NCBI GenBank assembly: GCA_964016885.1
Contig: OZ024740.1
Span: 209,560,001 to 209,624,000, forward strand
Direction of reading: 5' to 3'
DNA from: Eledone cirrhosa
Lineage: Eukaryota
DNA: 64,000 nt
Shown here: positions 25,701 to 38,275 of the stretch, piece by piece
Position numbering within the stretch: position 1 is the stretch's first letter
Layout: every line of letters begins with the position of its first letter
The notes under the pieces: generated by a model
Told to the model about the DNA's origin: nothing
Seen by the model: only the letters and a program-made list of their open reading frames with translations
Database searches by the model: none
Position numbers and translations under genes: made by a program

Positions 25701-26258
25701 ATAGGGTGGGGTGGTTCTAGAAGAAAAATGGATGTTGCACCTGCTTCTCGGGATAACTAATAAAGAAAATATTACCTTCCATTATTTATTAATTCTGATG
25801 ATGAAAGGAAGCTGTTCTATAAATGAAATCCACCCTTTCAACTAATAAATAAACAGGTCTGAATAACCTAGAAAGGACTCCAGAAGATGTATAATAACGT
25901 GCTGCTTCTGTTGACTGAGTGACGAGAAATGTTTCACTTACCAATATAGTCTTCAAGGTTTTTACATTAACTTTTGAACGTCAGGTAGAATGAATACTTG
26001 TCAGTATTCATTCCGGCTCTCTAAATTTAAATCCCGCCGAGGCAACTTTGCCTTTCATCCTCTGGAGGCCGATAAAAGAAATTTGTAGTTTTAAAGTAAA
26101 GATATACATTTTTAATATGATGCAGTCATGGCGCTGCTTTGTACTTTCGAAAAATGCCTTTTTTAATAAGTGTTTCATATGGAACACGACGTTAAGAGTT
26201 AACTTGCTGTATTCCATACTCTTCTGCCTAGAATGCATCAGTGTTGCCCACTTACCTT

Positions 26259-27110
26259 AACTAGAATTAATGTTACTCATCTTTTTGATTCGTCATCCTT
26301 CTTTGTAGACGATGAGTAGGTCGCTGCTGCGTTTTAGTACTAAACTGTTTAAGTACATCCCCTGTTCTCCAGCGAATTTTAAGAATACTTCATGGCATAG
26401 TCCGAAAACATCAATTTTTACACTACAATTTTAGTTTTTTGGTATTATTTGTTGTATTTTTAACCTGTATGCTATATATCAACGCCTTTTATTAATACGA
26501 TCATTATCAATTAAAATGTTGAATAACTCAAGAAATAAAAAAAATTCTTACAATTTCTTTCCAGTCCACAATTTATTTACGCTGTCCTACAACTGAATAC
26601 TTTTTAAAAGTTGTTTTCTCAAACGACCTTGCACTCTTTCTTAACAGGCAAATAGAATGAAACATAAAGATAAAACAGTCTGTGTTCTCTTATCTACTAT
26701 ATAAATTGGAAGTGGTCGGACGTTGTATATTTAAGTAAGTAAGTAAGTGTAGTCGGATAAACGTCGAAACGGCTTGGTGGAATGCAGCGAAAATTTACAC
26801 AGTTATGCAGAATGACCCGAGGAGGCGTTGGGTCGACCTCTAAGGTACAAGCTTCCATGGTTACGGAGAAAATCGAGGAAACAGGAATTTCCCATTCAAA
26901 TTGAACTGAGAGTAATCTGTGAACGCAGAAGTAAATATTTCGAGAAACGTACCAACCGAACGAAAACAGGAAGACGATATTTTGGTTCGTGAAGACGTTC
27001 CCTGGCAATGAACGAAAGAAAAAAAAAGCGAGGATAATACGTCGTTATGTGGAGCGAGAAGAACAATTTCATACAAAGACAAGACCAAGTTTATGGTATA
27101 AATGGAGTCG
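26259..27110 (-). other. candidate non-coding first exon or promoter-proximal region
   Basis: Unique, CpG-retaining sequence. There is a strong minus-strand donor TTAAG|GTAAGT at 26259/26258, and all frames have stops shortly before it. Confidence 0.3.
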
Positions 27111-27364
27111 TTAGACTAATATTCTATTTAACATAGCAGAATGATTTCCAGCCCCGGAGTTTAAGAATGATGTAAATAAAATTGAAAACGAAAATGACAG
27201 AGGTTATTAAAATAGTAAAAGTAAATAGTGAAGATTTAGGCCAGTACATACGTATGCCCCGACGGACATACACATACATACGCACACACAAATAAATACC
27301 CCCCCCCCCCCCCCACACACACACACATACACACAAACACACAAACACGAGCGCGCGCGTGTAT

Positions 27365-27795
27365 AAACCTTATGCATTTCTACAGTATTTTCACCAAACT
27401 TAAGACATAGGTTACTTATGTACTCCGGATGGTCATGGGCACTTTCATTTTTCCAGATATTGATTATAGGGCCTCCCGGCAGATAAACCCCTTTAACCAC
27501 TTTCTTGGAGTCGACTGAAGCACTGCAGTGCAATGCAACAAAACGTCATAACTTCTGGAGTTCGCAACCGATTTTCACAAAACTTGACACATGGGCTACG
27601 TTTGTCCTACAGATGAATGTGAACTCTCAGAATTGGCACATATTGAGTAGGGGACCCCTGGGGGCAGGAACCCTCTTTTGGAAAAAGTCGATGATTTTGT
27701 AAAAGTATAGTTTTCGAAGCAGCACTGAAGTATTGACATAAATGGTATACATAACTGCTATTTAATACCCGAGCAACGCCGGGTACCTCTGCTAG
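27365..27795 (+). mobile_element. non-autonomous Helitron (3' end clear, 5' end unclear)
   Basis: Hairpin ACCCGAGCAACGCCGGGT followed by CTAG|T at 27792-27796. The motif ATTTTCAC.AAACTT is repeated internally. Confidence 0.75.
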
Positions 27796-28571
27796 TTGTT
27801 ACATAAGTATGAGATATATAAAATTACTCAAGCCTTACTGTTGAATACATTGAATACATCTCTTACATAAAAATGATCTATTTGATAAGGAATCAAACAG
27901 CAAGTTCAACTTCTTCGCTACTGACTTTAATAAAAGATACAATATAAGTTATACTGAGCACTCAAGTACGCCTCATACATTTCTTAAAAACGCCCACATC
28001 CACATTCTAGATCACATTTTTAAAAAAAGAGAGAGAGAAAAAATAATATCCCCCTACCTGGTTTAAATGACAGTTTACTATCACGCTGTGTGGTTCGTTC
28101 TGATAACTCTTCTAATATTACAAACAGCTTCAATTATTCTGAATTTGCTGATTCGATATCATCTCAACCTAAACTTACTCCGCTCTCTCTTCCCGCCATT
28201 ATATAACTGAAAAGGATACGAGCTCTATCGTTCAATCTATGACTAAATAACGTCATCATCATACTCCCGCCTCAGATAAAACCATGTTGTCTAAACATTG
28301 GCATAAGGCTACAAATTATTAAGAGTGGGCAGTAATTGATTAAATCAACCCCAGTATTCGTGTGGAATTTATTTTATCGACGGCATAAGGATGGAAAGCA
28401 AAGTCAACAACGGGATTTGAACTCAGAATTTTTTTCATTTTCTATTATAATTCCATTCACATCTGAAATATCAAAACGACTAGTACTTATATATATATAT
28501 ATAATAGTAGAACACTGGTAGGTTGTATCCGTAGTAGTAGAGCACTCAATCCATGGGACGAGTTTGGTAGA

Positions 28572-28729
28572 AGTAGTTCCACATCAGTTAATTCACCATA
28601 ACGAGAACAATTGTTTCACTTTATTCGGATCATCAGCTCGGTCTACAACCTCCTTTAGACTGAGCTGATGATCCGAATAAGGTGAAACAATTGTTCTCGG
28701 TATGGTGAACTAACTGCTGTGGAACTACT
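28572..28729. repeat. palindrome with 74-bp arms and 10-nt loop; Penelope-like fold-back
   Basis: 28572-28645 pairs with 28656-28729 with a few mismatches. It abuts (TA)n. Confidence 0.92.
28659..28701 (+). ncRNA. minimal type I hammerhead ribozyme motif
   Basis: ACTGAG-CTGATGA-TCCGAATAAGGT-GAAA-CAATTG-TT-CTCGGT. Stem I is 6 bp, stem III is the palindrome ACAATTGT, the triplet is GUU, and stem II is weak. A more degenerate mirror copy is at 28600-28642 on the minus strand. Confidence 0.65.
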
Positions 28730-29861
28730 ATATATATATATATTATACCTCCTGGAGGGTATAAAGCAAAGTTGATCTCAACAAGATTTGAACCTAGAAC
28801 GGGAAGTGCCGTTAATGATGTCTACCATAGATAGATACAAAGTTTTTAAGGGAACAGAAAAGGGTACAGCTAGTCTAATTGAATGAAACAGGCAAGGGTG
28901 CAGCTGGTCTAATTGACACCAGTGTTGATAGAATGAATTGAAAAGTTAATTTGAATTTTGAACGGTAAGATCTGTAACAAATACTTCAAGTGCATCTTGT
29001 CCGTCGTTCAACCAATTCACCGACCTCTCAACAACCATAATAAAAGAATTGCTATAAACATCATGATGTTATTAGCACCATGTGCAATGACTCATGAATC
29101 AGATGGTTTTACAGATACCGTGCATCTTCCTCTAAGGGCTTACAATGGCCCATCCTATCTTATTCTGTTGTCTACCATCATTTTTCTCTGTCTTTATGGT
29201 ACAACACAGACTTTATATATGGCGGCGATGAATTTGTTTTGCGAGGTTTTTGATATGAAATCGTGTGTCGAAACAAATAGTGTTATACTTGAAAGTATTC
29301 TCAGTCAGTGCATATGTGTGTGTGTGTATGTATATACACACACACACACACACACACACAGAATACTTCCATGAACATTTGCAGTGTGTTCGAGAGATTT
29401 TATTTCCCAAATGTTTAACCGATTATATTTGTTGAAATTTCTCTAAGCCTCACTTCAATAACAATACAACTTAAACCTCAAATTCTATCTCAATTTCTGA
29501 GGTGTCTATCCCTATTTTACCCCCTCCCCTGCACGTCAACTACGTATATGAATGTGTGTTTATTATGTCATCTCATGTATTCATGTGTCATCACCAATAT
29601 CTGTGCTTGCGTTTACAAGATGTGAGAAATGACTGCATGAAGGAGCGGGCTCAGAAGAGTCTGTCTTCGTGTGTAGGAGGCATAGATGAACTTCATTTTG
29701 TCGAGAACTTGGGTGCTATCTATAAGCATGGCGGTGGAGGTTGACGTTAATAATGATTTTGTAAGATTGGTACAAGGTCACACATTTTGTGGAAGGGTAT
29801 GATCTGTTTAATTACCCCCACCAAAACTTATTTCATTGGCGCTGCAAGGTTGAAAGACATA

Positions 29862-30052
29862 GTTGACTGAAAAGTTCATAGGCTGACTATGAAGGAGTGA
29901 TGCTAGAGCTGTGGAATCTTGCATGCATTAATTTCAACTTATTAATGATTGCATTGTTTCTTTCCAGAGACTATGTTGAAAAATTAACCTCATTCGCTCA
30001 TTCCATGAGTGTATCTTGGTCAGCCTATGAACTTTTCAAGCTGACCCTCGTA
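29862..30052. mobile_element. mariner-derived MITE
   Basis: CTGAAAAGTTCATAGGCTGAC...GTCAGCCTATGAACTTTTCAAGCTGACCCTCGTA. It retains GACTATGTTGAAAAA, the transposase DYVEK end. Confidence 0.75.
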
Positions 30053-30145
30053 TATATAATCAAATTATTCAATGTGTCCCTAGTATCTAAAATGGCGGTG
30101 TGATTTGAGGGAGATTTCATATGTCAGATCCTTCTGTGGCAGTCA

Positions 30146-30458
30146 TAATTGTTTCTACTTTTTGGCACAAGGCCAGCAATTACCCAGTGCATTACTGGTA
30201 CTTTATTTTATCGACCCCGTAAGGATGAAAGGCAAAGTTAACCGTGGCGAGATTTGAACTCAGATCATAAAGGGAGGTAACTCTATGCTTCAAAGCATCG
30301 TGTCCGACTCTCTACCGATACTGCCAATCCACCGTGGCAGTAATAATTGTTTCTACTTTAGGCACAAGGCCAGCAAATAACCAGTGCATTACTGGTACTT
30401 TATTTTATCGACCCCGTAAGGATGAAAGGCAAAGTCAACCTCGGCGGGATTTGAACTC
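30146..30458 (-). mobile_element. two adjacent SINE A copies
   Basis: A full copy at 30146-30335 and a truncated copy at 30345-30458. GCAGT.ATAAT is repeated at the junctions, resembling target-site duplications. Confidence 0.88.
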
Positions 30459-30504
30459 GCAGTAATAATGTTCTTGTTTATCTTCTGCTTAGCCCTTAAT
30501 GAGG

Positions 30505-30812
30505 TGACTGCGCATGACTTAGTGGTTAGAGCGCTGGATTCACAATTCTGAGGTTGTGAGTTCGATTCTCGGACCCAGCGACATTTTATTTCACGTTATT
30601 CCCGTACACACAGCTGTAGAAATGAGTTGCAACATCTCTGGTGCCAAGCTGTATCGGTGTTTGCCTTTTCCTTCGACAATATCGGTGACGTAGAGAGGAG
30701 AGACTAGGTATGTTTGGGCGACTATTGGTCCTTGTACGGGCTTGTGCCTCAGAAGAGAGCTTTCTAGGTGCAAAGCCCATGGTCATTCGTGACCGAAGGG
30801 AGTCTTTACTCT
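30505..30812 (+). mobile_element. CORE-like SINE with an alternative tail
   Basis: A-box TGACTTAGTGG and B-box GAGTTCGATTC. The tail is shared with 7040-7322. Confidence 0.75.
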
Positions 30813-32362
30813 TTTTAACCCTAGACGAGAGCTGATCTATAAAATACATTCCTACTGTGACCATAGCACACTTTATATATCCATGACTACGTTCTCACGT
30901 GACTTCCCTTATTTTTAAAAGATGGTGGGGGTGAGAACTAGCTGTTGTTTCTAGCAGGTCGAATGATCCTATAGAAACTCCCTCGTGGTGGTAGTAAAAT
31001 CGCATGTCATGTATGACAGTCAATTAACATGATGATAATTAGTAAAAAAAAAAAAAAAGCTCGCTGTAAAATCCGTCAAAACATATGACACTACCATCAC
31101 CACTACTACTATCTCCACCACCACCACCACCATCTCCACTACCACTACTATCTTCACCACTAAAGCATCTTTCAATAATTTCGTCTGTTTATATCTTTTC
31201 CATTTTTACTACTTATAGTATGAAAATCAATGAATGTGACTTAAGTGAGCCAAATACTAGCACATGTGGTTGTCTCTCTCTCTCTCCCGCTCCTCTATCC
31301 TCGTCAGCACAACTGTTTACAACTCTCCTACTATTGACTCATTATAATTCTTTCTCCACTCCTCTTAATTGTTTTTCTTTCTCTTTTTCTTTGTCTTCTT
31401 TTTCTTCTTCCACTCCCCACTGTCCTTGTTTCTTTTCCTACTTCTCCCCCTTTCATACCTTTTATTATTTTTTTTCATGTACGTTGTAACCCGCACTAAC
31501 GTCTCATACCTCTCTTCACCCCTCTTTTCTTATTTATATCTTATTTCTTGGTTCATTTGTCTCTTGGTGTGTGATACTCTCTTCCCTTTCTCTCATCATC
31601 ACTACAAACGAGGCTACGACGAATCAACGAGAGAGCCTCTATGTGGACACTCGACCTGCTAGAAATAACAGCCAAATTTCACTAAAATAGGGTCAAGAAT
31701 ATATTAGCTATTCTTATCCTACATATCCCCTATTCTCGTCCTACATATTCCCTAAAAGATGGTATGGTCACAGCTGGAATCTCTTAAGATGATAGGTTTG
31801 CTCGATCACGTGGGGGTCAACTAACAACAACGAACCTACAAGGATGTCTCAACGTAGTTACTCAACCTGCTAGAAATAGTAGCCCAAATCCCTTCAATTC
31901 ACATCCCATTGTCTTAGAAAATATATGATATGATATAGTATTATCTAAAGTGCACTATACCTAAAAAGATCGGGTTTGTCGTGGTGGTAAATACCTTTGA
32001 CTAGGCCTTCACACTTCATGCCAAACAATTCCCCGACTGTCATCCATTCCCCATAACATCAGCTACTGAGCCCTACTGTGTTCCACATCAGCTGTAATCC
32101 CTTTCTAACCTCCCTCTTATATCTATTGTAGCCTCCTATATCACTTTCCTTTTTCCTTTGTCAATCCCTCTTTTTCTCTCTCTCACATACACTCTCTCTC
32201 TCTTATTTCTCCCTGTTTCTCTACCTTTCTAGTGATCTCTCTCTCTCCCCTCTTCTATTTGTCTCTTTTTACGCTTCCGTTTGTCATTCATTTTCTCCTC
32301 TATGCTTGTGTTTTTCCGTTTCTCTCTCTATCATTTCAATGATAATCTGATTCAATGTATAT

Positions 32363-32397
<35 letters not shown>

Positions 32398-33165
32398 ATA
32401 AATATGCTTCTCTACTAACGTAATCGTGTTCCTTATTTAACTGGTTTCTTTCCGATCCCCTTCGGGAAACCATCCTTAATAATAATAATTGTTTCTACTT
32501 TAGGCACAAGGCCAGCAATTACCCAGTGCATTACTGGTACTTTATTTTATCGACCCCGTAAGGATGAAATAATAATAATGGTTTCTAATAATTATTATTT
32601 ATTTAATTTAATTATATATATACATATATATAAACTTATCGGTTTATAAATAGAAGAGAGAGTGAGAGGAGAGAGAGAAACAGTTACTAACTTTGACAAG
32701 TAATGTGTGGCGGTATGGGTTGTGATGCTGCTGCTGCTGATGATGATGTTGTTGCTCTAGTGTGTCTATGTGTCTAATTGTATTGTCTTTACTCTCTACT
32801 CTCTATTTACTTTCTACCCTGTCTTTCTTTCTCTCTCTCTCATACACGCACACAGTTGTGTTTCAAAAGATCTGGAGAAATGGATTGGTTGAATTGTGTC
32901 TTACACATATATCAGACACTAAGCAGTCTGTAGTAGTGGGTTCATTTAGGGAGAGTGCTGCACATTGAGATTCACCATCATCGCTATATTACTACCATCA
33001 GCAGAAGCGGCGAGTTATTTAATTCGCTTTAGTCATTCGCAACGTTTTGCCTTTAATGTTGCAGTTCGTACCGATCTTTGGCACCCATGATTTCTTACCT
33101 CGTTTGTCCAACAACAAAAAGCCGTGTGAAGGTAATGTATAATATATATATATATATATAGACAC

Positions 33166-33244
<79 letters not shown>

Positions 33245-36200
33245 ATTACATACTCATACATACACAGACACACACGCTCATGCATATACATACATATATA
33301 ATTTACATGCAATGTGTATGAGTTTATGTTTGTTGTGTCTCTTGTGTATGTATTATATTTTGGTCTATTTCTTCATACATATATAAATACACGAAGAGAC
33401 GTATATATGTGAGCGTGTTGTGCTTAAAGTATTGATCCTCTAACAAAAGATAAAATAATTTTAAAAGATCATATATATATATATATCAAAATATGGCGAA
33501 GCCGATTAGACTTCAGTACACAAACTAACCATTTTTTTATTCATCGAAACTCTTGGTGTTATTTATTATTATTCGATTCTATGTAAACCCCACCATTTTT
33601 GTAAACTGTTCCCTTAATATTCTTACATTCGCCCTCTCCTGACAAATTAAGACATTATTATTGTTATATAAGCATTATTATTGTTTCTACTTTTGGCACA
33701 AGGCCAGCAATTACCCAGTGTATTACTGGTTATATGAGCATTATTATTAGTACTATATGTGTATTTGATACACAAACACACACACACACGCACGCGCGTT
33801 TATACATTCATGCACATATTCAAATATGCATGTGTGAAATTTTGTGAAGTTTGAAAATTGGAAGTCAATATGCTTTGGAATTGGCACACACACACACATG
33901 TATGTATGTATGTGTGTGTGTATATATAATTACACACACATACACCCATGAGATAGAGATAAAGGGAGCGAGCGAGAGATACGCGAACATGACACTTGTC
34001 ATACCTAATGGCATGTTAGGCAAAAATCAACTTGATATTGTTTTTCCTTTGTCATTGCCAGAAATAACCGATGGGTCACACCCAATTTATACATACGTAT
34101 ATATGTATGTTTTGTTTACATTAATACCAATTAAAATACATAAGTTTGTACTAATATCTATGTAGTGTACGTGCTAGAACCATAGTGTAGGAGATGTAAG
34201 TTAAAGGGCAGCCGTTACAACGACCCAGTTTCTAATCTCCAGTTGGGTTATTTATTACACTTTTAACCGAAAGTGGAAGAGATCTAATCAATTCAGCAAG
34301 GGTTTATGAGATATTTTCATATTCCTATGTATTTTATTTTATTTTGTTTCGGTTTTTATGGCTTAATCGGACAAGGTATGGCGGCTCATGTGGACTTTTT
34401 ACAGGGTTTCCATAGCCAATAGGGAAAAGAAGATATAAACCACAACTTATTATTATCCTCGAACCAGAGACCGGTCTGGAATGCTTGCAACAGAGTGGAC
34501 TAGGTTTGAGACAATCCAATGGCCAAATGGTAATTAAATCAGGTGACTGATTAAACTAGATACAATCCATCCGATGAGATTCTACATAGTTTCTGGTTAC
34601 TAAAGGCTTGGATCAGTTTGAGGTTATGATAGAAGACAGCCCTGCTTTGAAATTGAACTAGAAACCATGTAATTGCAAAGCAAATATCTTAACCAAACAG
34701 CTATGATTGTGTCCATATTGTACTGGTTAGCACGCAGATAAACACAGACACACGTGTTTGTACACATACACACATGTATACATACTTGCACGAACTTGTA
34801 TACACACATATGCATTCAATCTGAAATGTCACTCTCATTTATTTATGTACATGCACCAACAAAAAAAAATCATCATACTTTTTCTTTATAAATAGGTGTT
34901 ATGAGGCTGGTGTTAACATCAGTGTGACATAACTAACTTGTACTGAGAAAACTGGTCATTATCATCACTATCACCACAATACTAGACTTGTGGAATTTAG
35001 TTACATCTGACGTATTGAGTATTTAACTGTTTGTTTTAAACTGTTTATATTTATCTAAAAAGCTTCCATCATGATTTTATGTAAGAACATTTGTTAAGCT
35101 ATGTTACAAACACTAGCTTAATAATAAGACAGTTAGTTATCCCTTAAATTATTTGATTGTCTTCAAAATGATTTGGAAATTATAGGCAGTGTCTTTCAGT
35201 AGAAATAGGGTAGCAAAATAGTTAAAATATTTATATTTATCTGAAAACCTTCCCTCATCATTTTAGATACAAAATTTTCCAAACTCCAACTTAATAATGA
35301 GGTAGTTATATTACTAAATCCCTCCAAATTTTTTATTGTTGTCAAAATTATTTAAAAGCCACAGGCAGTGTCTTTCATTAGAAATGTGATATCGAAAGGT
35401 GGAAGTGGGCTTTAATTTTCATTCTTATAGTTAGTTGATTACTGAGGTAATCTAACCAACTTTTCCCTCTCCCGAAATTTGTATCCTTCTACCCTATGAA
35501 AAATAGAAATATTTATTATTATTGTATGAGCACAGGAAGAGAAATACGAGGTTAACAATTTAGTGTTGTCATTTATTGAAGACTAGGTTATAATTTTGAT
35601 GTTAAAGGGTTTGGGCTGAAAATTCCTTGATATCTTAAATCTATTATAATATAAGTAAGTTTTTGAAAAAAATTTGTTAATTTTGACTTAGATTTCCTTA
35701 TAGTTTAACAATTCAGATTGCTCTTTGATAACTTACTAAAAGATAAAGGGAAAATATTGTTGTGAAATTGCCTTGTGATCTCTATAACCAAAATATTCTT
35801 TTTATTCGTTAATACAAAAGGCAGTCTGTCATATGAGAGAATTTCGTCTAGTTTATGAAGACATTTTCCGAAATTTGAGATATATAAAGAGTGAAGGAAA
35901 GTGACTGAGAGCAAACATATAGCAGAGGCAGAAAGTAGATGTATTTACACAAATACTATGAAGATCATATGTTGTGTTAAGTAGATTACAAGTAGTGTCT
36001 ATTATGTTTGACTTGAAATGTAGAAACGTAAAAGAAAAGAAAGAGTACAAGAGAAACATGGATGGCTTTTAATTAAAAACATAAAAAAAACAAGGCTTCT
36101 TCACAACTTGATTTTTGAACAGTCAAAATAGAAAATATAGGATTTGGTACTGAAGCATTGTCTGTCTTTCTAGGACATGGTATTGTTTGTAATGTGACAT

Positions 36201-36254
36201 AGTCATCAATTAATATTGTATATGTATTTGTATACAAGGAGAGATACAAAATAA

Positions 36255-36347
36255 AATGCATGTATACACATACACATATGTTTGTACGCATCCATGCATA
36301 TATATATGTATGTATGGATGGATGTGTTTGTACACATATATACATGC

Positions 36348-36423
<76 letters not shown>

Positions 36424-36490
36424 TTCTATACATATATACATGGATGTGTTTGTACACATATATACATGCATATATATGTGTTTGTATGCT

Positions 36491-36528
<38 letters not shown>

Positions 36529-36660
36529 TACATGCCTATATATACACACACACACACATGCCTATATATACACACACACACACGCCTATATATATGTTGT
36601 GTGCTTGTATACATATATACACGCATATATGTATGGGTGTGTTTGTATATACATATATTC
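36255..36660. repeat. compound (TA/TG/CA)n microsatellite region
   Basis: Low-complexity dinucleotide tract with a duplicated GGATGTGTTTGTACACATATATACATGCAT block. Confidence 0.9.
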
Positions 36661-36662
36661 TT

Positions 36663-36935
36663 GTATGGATCCATAACTCCTCATGGAACCGTCTTGGGAA
36701 TATTAAATATGGTGGAGCCCATCCCTTTCCAGGTGTGATCACATCCGGTTTCTTCCGGAGAAAGAGAGAAATGAAGTGAGAAAGAGATATCAATGAAGAA
36801 TTGGCTCCAGTACTGAACTGATACTCTTTCATCAACCTCAAAAGGATACAAGGCATAGTTGACACCCATTTCAGAATAATACCAAGAGCCAAAGGGTATA
36901 TATATCCACCAAATACATGTTACTTTGTGGTTGTT
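36663..36935 (-). mobile_element. SINE A-like body with a distinct tail of about 170 bp (family C)
   Basis: Reverse-complement relative of 45283-45592 and 58855-59190. Confidence 0.6.
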
Positions 36936-37267
36936 TGGATGATATGCACACCTTCTAATGAAGGCCCCAGTTATGTAGGAAAATCGATTAAAGGTGCTTA
37001 TTATCTTTTTCAATTACTGGGAAAATTCGTATTTTGTGACATGTGTACATGCCTACATATTAAATATGTGTATATTTATATACACATTGGTGCAGTCTCT
37101 GTTACACACACACTGTATGTATACAGATATAACTTTATCATACACTTTGATGCTAGTGCTCTTCTTAATATACATATATATCATTTACTTCTTCCTAAGC
37201 GTGAAATTAATAACACTTTGTGTTTTGCATTTCTGTGTTTGTTTTGTCTATTCTGGAACTATATATA

Positions 37268-37305
<38 letters not shown>

Positions 37306-37479
37306 TTTCTATTTCAGTGTCATATATATATATATATATAAAATGGACGTTAAATGATGATGGTTATGATGATGATATATAGAAGGACACTGAAATGGAA
37401 AATCTTATTCCAAATTTTTACACATATTTGTATGCATATACATACACTAGTATGTACACATAAATCATCATAACATCGT

Positions 37480-38275
37480 CATCATCTTTTTAAGTCTATT
37501 TTTCCGTACTTGCATGGATTGGACAAGTTTTCAAACACTACCTTCTTCCAATCTTTGTTTTCCTTTGTCCTCTCGGGGATGCTCAACATTTTGGGATCAG
37601 TTTTAACCACCTCTGCCCAGGTTTTCCTTGGTCTTCTGCTACTGTAGCTTTCTTCTTGTGGCATCTTCTGGTAATCATCATCTATATGCATCACATACCA
37701 ACATAATCTTCTCTCTTGTATGCAACATCTGATTCCTCTTATACTCTGTTTTTCTCACAGTTCATCTGTGCCTTGTCATTCATGCACACTAACATTGCAC
37801 ATCCAATGGAGCATGCTTGCTTCATTTCTATCCAACATCTGCAGATACACTTACACACATGTATAAGTGTGTGTATGTGTGTGTATATATATATACACAC
37901 ACATAGATACACACACACACGCCGAAACTGCTTAGTACTGTGGTTGGAATTTTACATCTCGATCTCTCTCTGTCTTTATATAAACCATCATCATTGTACG
38001 CCTGTTCCACGCTCTTGTGGGCTGGATGGGTCCATTTCAGTACACCTCACCACCTCTGACCATGTCTTCCTTGGTCTTCCTCTACTGTAGCTTACCTCCA
38101 CTGGCATTTCTTGGCATTTCTTCACTCACCAATTATTATGCATGCACATCACATATCCATACCATCACAGTCTTTCTCTGGCACACTACATCTGCTTCCT
38201 CTTATACCAAATTTCTCTCTTAGTTCATCTATGCCTTGTCGTTCCTGCACATTAACATTGCACATCCATTGAACC
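37480..38275 (-). mobile_element. two decayed RTE 3' fragments
   Basis: RRPRKTWAEVVKTD...DWKKVV at 37482-37694, and a second GRPRKTWS-type fragment at about 37985-38275. Confidence 0.7.

Noticed and set aside
25790-25860. Hammerhead at CTGATGA-TGAAAGG...CCTTTCA
   Set aside because: A stem II-like pairing is present, but the GAAA and UH/stem I elements are missing.
31085-31662. Pro/Ser/Phe-rich ORFs resembling membrane proteins
   Set aside because: They derive from (CAC)n and CT-rich low-complexity DNA.
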